A stretch of 64,000 nucleotides of DNA from Candidatus Hydrogenedentota bacterium. GTDB lineage: Bacteria; Hydrogenedentota; Hydrogenedentia; Hydrogenedentales; JAEUWI01. The notes under the pieces were generated by a model, which was given only the letters and a program-made list of their open reading frames with translations, was not told where the DNA came from and ran no database searches. Of this stretch, positions 41,034 through 51,095 are shown piece after piece (positions within the stretch are counted from its first letter, which is position 1; every line of letters begins with the position of its first letter). Position numbers and translations under genes: made by a program. The DNA is taken from contig JAXMOL010000025.1 in assembly GCA_034669905.1 (NCBI GenBank), forward strand, positions 32,001-96,000. The letters run 5' to 3'.

Positions 41034-42401
41034 ATGAAGAACATTTCCGCGTCTGTTTCACGACTACCAAAGCATATGACCCCGTGGCTCTTGGTCGCGC
41101 TCACTGCCTTTTTACCCCCTTTCCAGGCAACGGCCACCGCCGCTTCCGAAAAGAAAACCCGCGTGATTGCCACGACCGACGGCGAAGTGGATGACCGATG
41201 CTCCATGGTCCGTTTTCTCCTCTATGCCAACGAATGGGATATTCGGGGCATCATTCACTCCAGCTCCAAATTCCACTGGAAAGGCGATGCAACCCATGAG
41301 GGAAAAGGCTGGGCCGATGTCGTCTGGTTGGACAAACAGCTGGACGCTTATGAAGCGGTCTACCCCAACCTGAAGCAACACGACGCCACCTTCCCCACCC
41401 CCGACTATCTCCGTTCCCAGGTTTTTGTCGGCAATATCGGCTACGAAGGCGATATGGACCAAGAGACGCCCGGCTCCAATCGCATCGTCGAGGTGCTCCT
41501 GGAAAAAGACGATTCGCCTGTATGGCTTCAGGCCTGGGGCGGCTCCAACACCATCTCCCGGGCATTGAAGACCATCAAGGAGAAACACCCCGACCGGGTG
41601 GCGGAGGTCACGAGGAAGGCCCGCCTTTATCTCATCGCTGAGCAGGACAAGACCCTGCGCCAGTACATCATTCCCGAGTGGCCGGGGCTGGAAGTGCTGC
41701 TGAGCGACTGGCCAGCCTTTGAAGTGATTGCCTATCCCTGGAAGAAGTATCTCACCGAAGAGCAGCAGGGCTACTTTGGTGAATCCTGGATGACGGCCCA
41801 CATCCTCGACGGTCACGGTCCCCTCGCGGGCATGTATGAGGCCAAGAAACGCCGCTTCCACTCGGAAGGCGATACGCCCTCCTACCTCCACGTGATTCGC
41901 ACGGGCTTGGACAGTGACATGCATCCGACCTATGGCGGTTGGGGCGGACGCTTCAAACGGGATGGGGACATTTGGCTTTCCGTGGATGAGCGGGGCAAGC
42001 CAGTCCACAGCATCGCCCGTTGGACCATCGATTTTCAGAATGACTGGGCAGCACGGGCCGACTGGTGTGTGAAACCTTTCGACGAGGCGAACCATGCACC
42101 GACGGTGACCCTGGCCCATGACCGGATGCTTTCCGCGAAGGCGGGTGATACGGTGCAGGTGGATGCGGGCAAATCCACCGATCCCGATGGCGATCCATTG
42201 ACCTATCAGTGGTGGCACTATGGCGAAGCGGGTACCGTTACCCAGTCGGCACCGATTGAAAACGCCACGAGCGCGGCGGCCACCGTGCACGTGCCGGAGG
42301 CGGCGAAGTCGGGCGAAACCCTGCACCTGGTGTGCACCGTGCGGGACGGGGGTACGCCGACGTTGACGCGTTACGCGCGGGTTATCGTGACGGTGAAGTG
42401 A
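41034..42401 (+). CDS. Secreted DUF1593 (nucleoside hydrolase-like) protein with C-terminal Ig-like domain
   Basis: RVIATTDGEVDD.CSMVRFLLYANE, QAWGGSNT, EGDTPSY, GGWGGR, FQNDWAARADW, DPDGD. Confidence 0.88.
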   Translation: MKNISASVSRLPKHMTPWLLVALTAFLPPFQATATAASEKKTRVIATTDGEVDDRCSMVRFLLYANEWDIRGIIHSSSKFHWKGDATHEGKGWADVVWLDKQLDAYEAVYPNLKQHDATFPTPDYLRSQVFVGNIGYEGDMDQETPGSNRIVEVLLEKDDSPVWLQAWGGSNTISRALKTIKEKHPDRVAEVTRKARLYLIAEQDKTLRQYIIPEWPGLEVLLSDWPAFEVIAYPWKKYLTEEQQGYFGESWMTAHILDGHGPLAGMYEAKKRRFHSEGDTPSYLHVIRTGLDSDMHPTYGGWGGRFKRDGDIWLSVDERGKPVHSIARWTIDFQNDWAARADWCVKPFDEANHAPTVTLAHDRMLSAKAGDTVQVDAGKSTDPDGDPLTYQWWHYGEAGTVTQSAPIENATSAAATVHVPEAAKSGETLHLVCTVRDGGTPTLTRYARVIVTVK

Positions 42402-42414
42402 TGTAGTGCCAAAC

Positions 42415-42450
42415 AGGGCGACCACGATGGGAATCGTGGTCGCCCTTTTT
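42415..42450 (+). terminator. Intrinsic terminator
   Basis: AGGGCGACCACGAT-GGGA-ATCGTGGTCGCCCT-TTTT. Confidence 0.85.
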
Positions 42451-42486
42451 CGTATGGCGCCTGGGCAATCAGCGAGCGGTGGACCT

Positions 42487-42625
42487 TTGGAGCGCGTAAG
42501 CTTGCTTACGCTCTTACAGCGTGAGCTTGCTCACGGCACAGGCCCGGTGGGCGGCAACGCAACGCGCGTCCCGGGGTGGGGAGCAAGCTCCCCGGGGAAA
42601 AGCGGCAGCAAGCTGCCGCACTCCA
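42487..42625. repeat. REP-like doublet (GGAGTGCGGCAGCTTGC type), copy 1
   Basis: GGAGCGCGTAAGCTTGC...GGGAGCAAGCTCCC...AAAGCGGCAGCAAGCTGCCGCACTCCA; second copy at 53577. Confidence 0.75.
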
Positions 42626-42699
42626 GGGAGTCGTCTTTTCCAACAGGCCTTCCCCAGCAGCGGGTCATGAACCTTTTTGACGCCAATGGGACTGCCGAG

Positions 42700-44688
42700 C
42701 TATTTCCCGAGAGCAGTGGCTTTCCCCTTTATCGTGTTGAAGATATCCGCTTTGATGGCCGCCTGATTGATTTCCCGAATGACCTTCACCTTGGTCGGTG
42801 CATCGGAATGGTGCCAGCGGTATTCGTCTTCGGGGCCGGAAACCGTGACGGGCTCCACCTCTTTCACCCAGCCTAGATCCTGGTAGATGTCGATGATGGC
42901 GCCCAGCACCGCCGGGTCGTAGAGGGCCTTGTCTTTTGCCGGGGTGATCTTCTTGAGGTAGGCTCCCAGCGGATGGTCCGCGTAAAGGTCTGCCTCGCTT
43001 CGCTTGTCAATTTTCACCCGGGCACCAACGGGTGCGGGCATGATCCAGAGGTCCACACCGCTCTCGGCAATCACATAGAGGGACCAGGGGTCGTTGTTGC
43101 CGTTGAACTCATTGATGATGGCTTTGTTTGAACCGCCGAGCCACATGATGCGGATGCGATCGTGAAGGTCGATACCTTCTTCCCGCGCCATTAGCAGTGC
43201 ACTGGCTACATTGGTGCCGGGACCCACCGGTACGATCCACGCGGGATTATCCGGGGATGCACCCCGCGCGACCGCCAGAATGGCCTCGGCGGCCTCATTC
43301 ACAATGGGTAAGGTGTCGGACCAGACCCCACTCCCCGGCACTTCCAGGCGCACATCGGCACCGCGAAAAATCTGGGGAATCCGCTCTGGCACGGCGCCGC
43401 TTTGACGCGCCAAATCCTCTACATGGACAATCTCGTTGTAATTGATCTCCTCCTGGCCACCGCCATGGTGCACACTGTTGATGCCCAGGAGATCGAGTTC
43501 GCTGAAGATGGCATAGCCGAGGAAGTACTGGTCGTCCTGCTCATTTTTCTGGTCCGAATCGAGGAGAAGTTGGGGCAGTCCCACGGTCTTTTCGTCATGG
43601 ACGCGGAGCAGTACGGTGGCGCTATCGGAATAGGTGCCGTCTTCCACGGTGAGGCGCGCGGTGTAGAGACCCGGCTTGTCGAAACGATGTTCGATTCGCT
43701 GGCCGGTTTTCGCGGAGCCGTCGTCGATCTGCCAACTGAAGGTGTCAATCTTTCCTTGCGAGGGTGCGCCATCCAGCACCACGGTATCACCGGCCATGAT
43801 GGCGGAAGTTTGATTGGTAATCCCGGCGAGGATGGGGGGCCCCACTTCGACGGCTGTCTTTAACGTGGCCACATGCTCGCCGTCGGTAAAGTCCACGGAA
43901 GCGACATAGGAACCCGGGGCGCCATAGGTGTGGCGCACCTCCGTGCCCTTGGCCGACGTTCCGTCACCGAGATCCCAGTTCCATTCCTCGATGTCTCCGG
44001 CCAGCCCTTCCGCCTGAAAGGTTATGCTTTCCCCGAGGCGAATCCGCCGTTTGTCGGCATGCATGCGTCCATCCAAATCAGCGACCAAGGCCACCACCCA
44101 CGACGTGCCCGGTTCACCCCGGAAGTGGACACTGTTGAGTGGCGTCTTTTCGTCTTTACTGAAGAGGGCCACCCGAAAAGCGTCGAATGAGATCCCTTCT
44201 TCCAGGGGCACGTGCCACACATAATGGCCGTTGTTATACCAGTCCCCCACGCCCCGGGCATGTTCCCGCCATGTCCCTTCACTGCGCACCTCAATCTTCC
44301 ACGCCGTATCGGGTTGGGGCTGGTTGGGGTAAGCCCCCCGTAAACGAATCAGATTGGCGGTGATCGGTGCGGGCCACTCGGCCAACCAATAAACCGGGGC
44401 GTCTTCTGAGATAATCCCCAAGGTCTTAGCGGCACCAATCCCATACTCGTGCCAACCACTTTTTTCCCGGAATTTTCCCTGCACCACATCGTAAATCACA
44501 TGGCCGGGCTTGCCCCGCAGGCCTTGCTCGTAGGATTCCATATTGCCGGATACGTTGGCATCCACCAGTTGGTTATGGGCCCAGGGCGGTACCCGTTTTG
44601 CAACCTCTGCCGTGGCCGATCCCGCCATCATGAGTCCGAGCAGGTACACGGCCCCATGAAGCATCCTCTTTTTCACGTTCATTCTCAT
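42700..44688 (-). CDS. Secreted protein: two PKD domains plus C-terminal nucleoside hydrolase domain
   Basis: WDLGDG...HTY and WQIDDG...HRF PKD repeats; DSDQKNEQDD, GPGTNVASA, EFN..NDP, LYDP. Confidence 0.8.
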   Translation of the reverse strand: MRMNVKKRMLHGAVYLLGLMMAGSATAEVAKRVPPWAHNQLVDANVSGNMESYEQGLRGKPGHVIYDVVQGKFREKSGWHEYGIGAAKTLGIISEDAPVYWLAEWPAPITANLIRLRGAYPNQPQPDTAWKIEVRSEGTWREHARGVGDWYNNGHYVWHVPLEEGISFDAFRVALFSKDEKTPLNSVHFRGEPGTSWVVALVADLDGRMHADKRRIRLGESITFQAEGLAGDIEEWNWDLGDGTSAKGTEVRHTYGAPGSYVASVDFTDGEHVATLKTAVEVGPPILAGITNQTSAIMAGDTVVLDGAPSQGKIDTFSWQIDDGSAKTGQRIEHRFDKPGLYTARLTVEDGTYSDSATVLLRVHDEKTVGLPQLLLDSDQKNEQDDQYFLGYAIFSELDLLGINSVHHGGGQEEINYNEIVHVEDLARQSGAVPERIPQIFRGADVRLEVPGSGVWSDTLPIVNEAAEAILAVARGASPDNPAWIVPVGPGTNVASALLMAREEGIDLHDRIRIMWLGGSNKAIINEFNGNNDPWSLYVIAESGVDLWIMPAPVGARVKIDKRSEADLYADHPLGAYLKKITPAKDKALYDPAVLGAIIDIYQDLGWVKEVEPVTVSGPEDEYRWHHSDAPTKVKVIREINQAAIKADIFNTIKGKATALGK

Positions 44689-44803
44689 ATCCCTACCCGT
44701 TGTGCGTGCACCTTTGGACGGAGGTTGAATCCCCTCACTGTCCCGAAGGCCTACCCTGTGGCACACGCGAACTCAAAAAGTGCTGGTCGTCAGTATAGGG
44801 AAG

Positions 44804-44819
44804 GCACAAACGATTGTGC
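44804..44819. promoter_or_regulatory. LacI-type operator in the divergent promoter region
   Basis: GCACAAACGATTGTGC, one mismatch from the 40974 site. Confidence 0.75.
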
Positions 44820-44869
44820 AATGCCTGTCTTTGTGCCTTTACCCGGACGGATTCGGTATAATCCCCCCT

Positions 44870-45907
44870 ATGAAATCGAGCCGAAAACCGACCATGAAAG
44901 ATCTCGCCCGGGACGTGGGCCTCTCCGTCTCGGTCGTTTCCCGGGTGCTCAACGGCAAAGCGGCCGACTATCGCATCAGCGAGCAGACCCAACGACTCGT
45001 TCGCGAAGCCGCGGCGAAGCGTGGCTTCTCGGTGAATCAGATTGCCCGGGGGCTTCGTCTGCAGAAAACCAAGACCATCGGGTTACTCATCCCCGATATC
45101 TCCAACAGCTTTTTCTCGTCCATCGCCCGCACGGTAGAGAACGCCGCGCGGCGGCGGGGCTATGCCATCATCTTGTGCGATACGGAAGACGATGAGCAGG
45201 TGGAGCAGGAGGCCCTTTCGCTGCTCCTGGACCGGGCCGTCGACGGCCTCCTCGTCTCCCCTATCGGCAAGGGGACCGAGCACATCGAGGCCGCGTGCGC
45301 GCGGAAGGTTCCCCTGGTGCTGGTCGACCGCTTTTTCGACAACCACGACATTCCCTACGTCACGACCAACAATTATCAGGGAGCCTACGACGGGACGGCC
45401 CATCTCATCAGCGCGGGACACCGTCGCATTGGATTCATCCAGGGATTGCCCGACTCGAAACCCAACTGCGAACGACTCCGGGGTTACCGGCAGGCCTTGA
45501 AAGACCACCAGATTCCCGTGGAAGATTCCTGGGTTCAGGGCTCGAAGTTTGAAGAGGCGGATGGTTACGCCAGTGCCCAATGTCTGTTGGACAGTCTCGC
45601 TGCGCCGACGGCACTCTTTGCCAGCAGTTCGTTGGGGGCCCTGGGCGTCATGCGCGCGTGCCTCGACCGGGGTTTGCGCATTCCTGATGACGTCTCACTC
45701 ATTGGCTTCGACGAATACCCCTACGCCCCGCTGCTGGCCCCGCCCCTCACGACCATCGCCCAGCCCACGCGGGAGATTGCAGAGCTCGCCAGCCGCATGC
45801 TTATCGACTGGCTGGAAACCGGCGAAGGGCCTGCCAGCCGGGTCCACGTCCTGGAAACCGAACTCGTGCTGCGAGATTCTGTGGCCCCCCTGGCCCCTCC
45901 CATCTAA
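44870..45907 (+). CDS. LacI-family transcriptional regulator
   Basis: TMKDLARDVGLSVSVVSRVLN, PDDVSLIGFD, PPLTTIAQP; TATAAT 7 nt before the ATG. Confidence 0.95.
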   Translation: MKSSRKPTMKDLARDVGLSVSVVSRVLNGKAADYRISEQTQRLVREAAAKRGFSVNQIARGLRLQKTKTIGLLIPDISNSFFSSIARTVENAARRRGYAIILCDTEDDEQVEQEALSLLLDRAVDGLLVSPIGKGTEHIEAACARKVPLVLVDRFFDNHDIPYVTTNNYQGAYDGTAHLISAGHRRIGFIQGLPDSKPNCERLRGYRQALKDHQIPVEDSWVQGSKFEEADGYASAQCLLDSLAAPTALFASSSLGALGVMRACLDRGLRIPDDVSLIGFDEYPYAPLLAPPLTTIAQPTREIAELASRMLIDWLETGEGPASRVHVLETELVLRDSVAPLAPPI

Positions 45908-45971
45908 ATAGGTGAAGATTTATCGCGGACTTTTTCCAAGTCATTCGATTGCCATCTTTCAAAACCGGGGC

Positions 45972-46062
45972 TTGGGAGCGCAGGCGGCTCGACTGTATTA
46001 CATTAAAGACGTAAGAACTACGTGCCTTCGGCCCGAGGCAGGCGGGCCGCCTGCGCTCCCAA
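45972..46062. repeat. Inverted REP-like pair
   Basis: TTGGGAGCGCAGGCGG ... CCGCCTGCGCTCCCAA. Confidence 0.7.
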
Positions 46063-46307
46063 TTGTCAAAGCCCTTATTAAGCAATAGTGGCCAAGCCGC
46101 ACTTACGTTGGACTTCTATAAATGCTTGCGTGCGTTTCCGATACCAAAGCGTTGTATTGGATCTAGGTCTACCTTCACTTATTCAGTCCGTCCATTACTG
46201 TTTGATGGGAACCACGGGGGAGCAACGCCGTCCGCCGTTGGAATTCTTCGTCGGCATCTTGTTACGGTGGATTCGTCTTTGTCGCACTCATACCAGGAGA
46301 TTTCACT

Positions 46308-47519
46308 GTGGCCACCCTCTCTAAAAAGCACCCCGCCTTTCTCGTCGCACTGTTCGTCGCCCTTTCGGCAACCGCCTTCGCTGCGGACCCCACCCCCAAG
46401 GCCCAGCCCAAGAAAGGCCGGACGGTGACGCCACCCCTCTCCGAGAACCTACCCGAGGCCCTCCGTTCCTTGCCGGTCTTCGGAACGATCACGTGGGAAA
46501 CCCACCAGCTTCCCTGGGTCGGTGCGGGCCCGGATGAAGGCATCAGCGGCATCGGCATGGTCGAAATCGACGGCATCCTTTATGTGGTCGGTGGCTTCAT
46601 CCCCGGCGGTGATGAAACGGATGACGCGGTGAGTAAACGCACGTCTCGCTGGACCTGGTCCTATGACCCGGCCACATCAAAATGGACCCGCCTTTCCGAT
46701 GCGCCTATTCGCCGGGAATATGTCCGCGCGGTGGCGGCCGAGGGCAAGCTCTATCTCGCCGGGGGTGGCTCCCAATACAAGGGCGAGGAACCACCCTATC
46801 GGGCCCACGGTGAGTGTGCCGTCTTTGACCCCAAGGCAGGCCCGAAGGGCACGTGGACGATATTGGATCCCTTATCGGAAGCGCGCACCCATATGGCGGT
46901 CGGCTATGCAGCGGGACAGGTCGTCGTGTTGGGCGGCAATCAGTATGCCTTCTCCGAGAAGGGCTACAGCCACAACACGATTCGGGGCACCAATGAAACC
47001 CTGGCCCTGAACACGCCGGGGGCCACGTGGCAAACCCGCACGCCCATCCCCGGTGCGCCGCGGGGCTGGTGCGCTTCCATGCCGGTGGGAGAATCCATCT
47101 ACCTTTTTGGCGGTATCACCTGGGACGAGAAGAACAATGTCGTGCCTACGCAGGAAACCCTGCGCTATGAGCCCGCCTCCGATAGCTGGACCGAAAAGTC
47201 CGCGCCGCCCCTCCCCATCTCCGGCTGGGAAGGCGCCCTCTACGAGAACCGGTATGCTATCAATGTGGGCGGTGTCGTGCGGACCTCCCCACGCCATCTG
47301 GATGAGCTCAAGGAACTTATCTGGTCCGACATGAGCATCGCCTATGATACCGAGACGGATACCTGGATGCAGGTGCACGGTGCCCTGCCCCCCGGCGCCG
47401 TGTTTAACGACCCCGGCGTCGTCATCCTGGGCAACACCATCTACGTCCTCGGCGCCGAAGGGCCCCACGGCAGCCACTACAATTATTTTATGGTGGGAAA
47501 AATTAACGCGGCCAAATAG
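46308..47519 (+). CDS. Secreted Kelch-repeat protein
   Basis: Signal peptide; repeated YVVGG/YLAGG/YLFGG...YDP...W blades. Confidence 0.85.
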   Translation: MATLSKKHPAFLVALFVALSATAFAADPTPKAQPKKGRTVTPPLSENLPEALRSLPVFGTITWETHQLPWVGAGPDEGISGIGMVEIDGILYVVGGFIPGGDETDDAVSKRTSRWTWSYDPATSKWTRLSDAPIRREYVRAVAAEGKLYLAGGGSQYKGEEPPYRAHGECAVFDPKAGPKGTWTILDPLSEARTHMAVGYAAGQVVVLGGNQYAFSEKGYSHNTIRGTNETLALNTPGATWQTRTPIPGAPRGWCASMPVGESIYLFGGITWDEKNNVVPTQETLRYEPASDSWTEKSAPPLPISGWEGALYENRYAINVGGVVRTSPRHLDELKELIWSDMSIAYDTETDTWMQVHGALPPGAVFNDPGVVILGNTIYVLGAEGPHGSHYNYFMVGKINAAK

Positions 47520-47698
47520 ATCCTGTTGCTGCAGCGAAGCCCATCGTGTCCCCCAATCCCGCGGCACGATAGGGTGTGCTCACCTCCAGGCGGGTTCGTT
47601 CTCTTTGTAATTGCCCTGAGGGTTCAACTTGAGACGCCTTTCGGTGTATGCTGCATTCACTGTTTTGCCGTGCCTTCTCAATGGACTGGAGTACCTGC

Positions 47699-50600
47699 AT
47701 GTTTTCACGATGCCTCATCGCCGTGTGTCTTTTTTCTGCCCTCACCCTGAGTGGCTTCGCCGACCTCTTGCCCCCCAAAGTTCGTGAGCCCCAGTTCCCG
47801 CTGAAGACCCAGCGTATGCTCCGCACCGATGAAGAAATCGCCCTGGCCCGGGAAAACATGGCGAAGTATCCGACGGCCCAGGCGATAGCCGATAAAATCA
47901 CTTCCCGCGCGGACGTGTGGGTGGCCTGGGAGGACGACGCGCTCCGCGCCCTTATTACCTCCGCCGATGTGCCGAGGGCCTTCAATGTGGGCACCTCCGG
48001 CTGCCCGCAATGTGGCAAGGAAATCTATGAGAAGGGCGGCACCTACCCCTGGATTGTCGACCCCAAGATACCCTTCAAGGTGAAGTGTCCCGTGGATGGC
48101 AGTGTCTATCCCAGCAACGACTACGGGGCCTACTACGCCGATGGCCTCAATGACGAATCCCTCCTCACGGGCGATTTCGCCGATGACGGATGGGGATGGG
48201 TGGGCCCCGATGGGGAGCGCAATTGGTTCGTGGCTTACGCAAACCACTGGACATGGCAGAATCACCTTCTTCCGGCGCTCCATTATCTCAGCCGGGCCTA
48301 TCTCCTCACAGACGACCAACGCTATGCGCACAAGGCCATCCTCATGTTGGACCGAATCGCGGAGGTCTACCCCAACATGGACTACCACCCCCAATCACGT
48401 TACGGCGCGCTGCAAGCGGCCAACGGTGGGCGCTATAAAGGGAAAATCGTCAATCACATCTGGGAAACCGGCACCCTGACAGGCTGCGCCGAGGCCTATG
48501 ACTATGTCTGGGACGCTATCACCGACGATTCCGTACCCGGAAAAACGAGCGAAGCCGTTCGCGCGAATATTGAGGCCAACCTGCTGGAAGAAGGCATCGA
48601 CGCCTATTTCTCCGGAAAGGTCCGGGGCAACTTCGGCATGCACCAGAAGGCCCTGGTCTACGCCGGCCTGGCCCGCCAATACGGCAATCAAAAGGAGTGG
48701 TTCGATGGGCTGCTGAATGAAGGCCAATCCATCGACAGCATGACGGGGCTCAATTACGCGCTGTATAACCTGGTCTACCGCGATGGACCGCCCTATGAAA
48801 CGTCCCCTGGTTACAATTTCTCCTGGGTCGTTAATATCACAACCGTGGCCGAAGCCCTCAAGCGTGCGGGGTATGAGGTGTACGATCTGCCCAAGATGCG
48901 CAAACTCTACGATGGCGTGCTCGACATTGTGAATGCGAACGAGTTTACCCCGGCTCTGGGCGATAGTGGCTCCTACCGGGGCGGGCGTATCGGGACCAAC
49001 CCTTTCGTCTACCAGAGCGCCTGGCGGGCCTATGGCGATCCCCGTTACCGTGATCAGCTCACCTCCTTCGGCGCGACGGGGGAAAAAGGGATCCGCGATT
49101 TCGAGGGCCTTTTCGCCCCCATCGTTGAGGCGTCCGCATCGAACACACCGCCCCTGCGCTCCCGCCTGCTCGACGGCTACGGCATGGCCATCCTCAACAA
49201 TCCGGCCAACACCATTTCGCTCTCGCTCTACTATGGCTACAAGGGCGGCCACGGCCACTATGACCGCCTCCACTTCTCCCTCTTCGCCCACAGCGAAGTG
49301 ATGATGCCCGACCTCGGCTATCCTGATTTCATGAACGCCTACGTGCCCGGCATCTTCACGTGGAGCAAGAACACCATCAGCCACAACACCGTTACCGTCG
49401 ACGCCACCCGCCAGCTCATCAACAAACCCGGGACGGTTTACCGGTTCGTCGATGAAGACTACGTTCGTGTCCTCGATATTGATGCGGCGCGCACCTATCC
49501 CCAGACCTCTGAATACCGCCGGCGCATGATGCTAATTGATGCCACCCCCACCCATTCCTATGCAATTGACTACATGAGCGTGGCCGGGGGAAGTCAGCAC
49601 GATTACAGCCTCCATGGCACACCGGGCACCTTCCAGACAGCCTCGGGGAAATGGTCGGAACCCGCCCCCGGAACCCTCGCCGGACCGGAGGTCCCCCTGG
49701 GCTTTATTTACGACGATCCACGAATCGCCGCCGACGGGTTTACAGGGAGCTACGCCGACTACAAGGGCTCGGGATTCCAGCACCTTCAGAACGTGCGCCG
49801 TCTGGAAGAAGGACCCGCGACGGGCGAGTGGCTACACGCGAAGAACGCCGAGGCGGGACTCCGCATCCACCTGGTCAGCGAATCGGACGCGGTGTTTCAC
49901 ACCCAGGCCCAGGTCTCGCCGGTAAAACAAAAGAAGCTCGTGGATTATCTCATTGCACGGAATACCGATGTTGCGGATACGTCCCACTTTCTCAGCGTCC
50001 TTGAGCCCTTCACCACCACCCCGTGGATCACCGGGCAGGAGCGCCTTCCCCTCACCTCGGGCGACGGACAGGCCCTTCGCGTACAGTGGTCCTTTCCCGA
50101 GAAGGGCGAGTGGACCGACGTTATCCTGATCAACCACGGAAGCACCCCCATGACGGTGGCGACACCGTCGGTCGAGACCGATGCGGCCTTTGTCCTCCTT
50201 CGCTTTCACGGGGGCAAGGAAATCCACCGATGGAGCACGGGCGGCACCTTTCTGCGCCATGGCGAGGATCGCAGCGAGCTGATTGCACCGGTTACGGGGA
50301 CGGTGGCGCGCGTCGAACCCGCCACGGGGCGCATTCACCTTACAGGTGTCGGCACGGCGACCAACGTCGAGGACCTTGTCGGGCGCTACATCCACTTCCA
50401 GAATGACATCCGCCGTACCACCCACCCCATCGCCGCGGTGGAAGCCGTGGACGACGGCCTCATTATCACCGTGGGTGACGACCTCCATGTCGGTCGGGTG
50501 CGCGTGGGTAAACTGGAAGACACGGGTTTTACTACGGCCACCGGCTTGTCCTTTGCGCCGGTCTATGACGGCACCTATGTCACCGACACGAAATACACGG

Positions 50601-50749
50601 CGTTGTTTCCGATCCAAGCCCTCGCAGGCGGAACGGTCACGTTTACGTCGCCTCAACTTGATACCGCGTTTGTACCCGGGGAAGATGCCTGGATCATTAA
50701 CGTGGGACCGGGTGACCGGGTAGAGATTCCGTTGGCCACAGTGCGCTAG
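47699..50749 (+). CDS. Secreted heparinase II/III-family polysaccharide lyase-like protein
   Basis: NFGMH, YETSPGY, GHGHYDRL, PDLGYP, SHNTVTVD. Confidence 0.8.
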   Translation: MFSRCLIAVCLFSALTLSGFADLLPPKVREPQFPLKTQRMLRTDEEIALARENMAKYPTAQAIADKITSRADVWVAWEDDALRALITSADVPRAFNVGTSGCPQCGKEIYEKGGTYPWIVDPKIPFKVKCPVDGSVYPSNDYGAYYADGLNDESLLTGDFADDGWGWVGPDGERNWFVAYANHWTWQNHLLPALHYLSRAYLLTDDQRYAHKAILMLDRIAEVYPNMDYHPQSRYGALQAANGGRYKGKIVNHIWETGTLTGCAEAYDYVWDAITDDSVPGKTSEAVRANIEANLLEEGIDAYFSGKVRGNFGMHQKALVYAGLARQYGNQKEWFDGLLNEGQSIDSMTGLNYALYNLVYRDGPPYETSPGYNFSWVVNITTVAEALKRAGYEVYDLPKMRKLYDGVLDIVNANEFTPALGDSGSYRGGRIGTNPFVYQSAWRAYGDPRYRDQLTSFGATGEKGIRDFEGLFAPIVEASASNTPPLRSRLLDGYGMAILNNPANTISLSLYYGYKGGHGHYDRLHFSLFAHSEVMMPDLGYPDFMNAYVPGIFTWSKNTISHNTVTVDATRQLINKPGTVYRFVDEDYVRVLDIDAARTYPQTSEYRRRMMLIDATPTHSYAIDYMSVAGGSQHDYSLHGTPGTFQTASGKWSEPAPGTLAGPEVPLGFIYDDPRIAADGFTGSYADYKGSGFQHLQNVRRLEEGPATGEWLHAKNAEAGLRIHLVSESDAVFHTQAQVSPVKQKKLVDYLIARNTDVADTSHFLSVLEPFTTTPWITGQERLPLTSGDGQALRVQWSFPEKGEWTDVILINHGSTPMTVATPSVETDAAFVLLRFHGGKEIHRWSTGGTFLRHGEDRSELIAPVTGTVARVEPATGRIHLTGVGTATNVEDLVGRYIHFQNDIRRTTHPIAAVEAVDDGLIITVGDDLHVGRVRVGKLEDTGFTTATGLSFAPVYDGTYVTDTKYTALFPIQALAGGTVTFTSPQLDTAFVPGEDAWIINVGPGDRVEIPLATVR

Positions 50750-50788
50750 GGGGGACGGCCGGTGTGGAGCGTCATTTAAGGGAAGCAT

Positions 50789-50968
50789 TGGTGTGAATTA
50801 GAATTCCGGACATTTAAGTTTGCTTGAACCTGTGGGGAAATTGGTAATGAATTCCCCTCCTGGGAGGGGTTAGGGGTGGGTTGGGTCATCCTTCGTGCAT
50901 TGACCCACCCCCGGCCCCTCCAAGGAGGGGAGTAATCCTCAGTAACTTACGTATTTCAGGTTGCCATA
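50789..50968 (+). repeat. About 180-bp dispersed MITE/REP-like element, copy 2
   Basis: Matches 30859-31058 minus an insert of about 20 nt. Confidence 0.85.
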
Positions 50969-51095
50969 GCGCTCCGTGCCATAGCCCAAAAGTACCACCG
51001 CGACTTCGGGTGCCACGGGCCCCTTGCATTCGCGCCGTGCGCCTTTTATGCTCTTGGGGGTAGACAACGGACCGGCGGCAGAAGGAGATATCGGG

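Noticed and set aside
46137..46161. Third site for the LacI regulator upstream of the Kelch gene
   Set aside because: Imperfect palindrome that matches the GCACAATCGATTGTGC consensus poorly.
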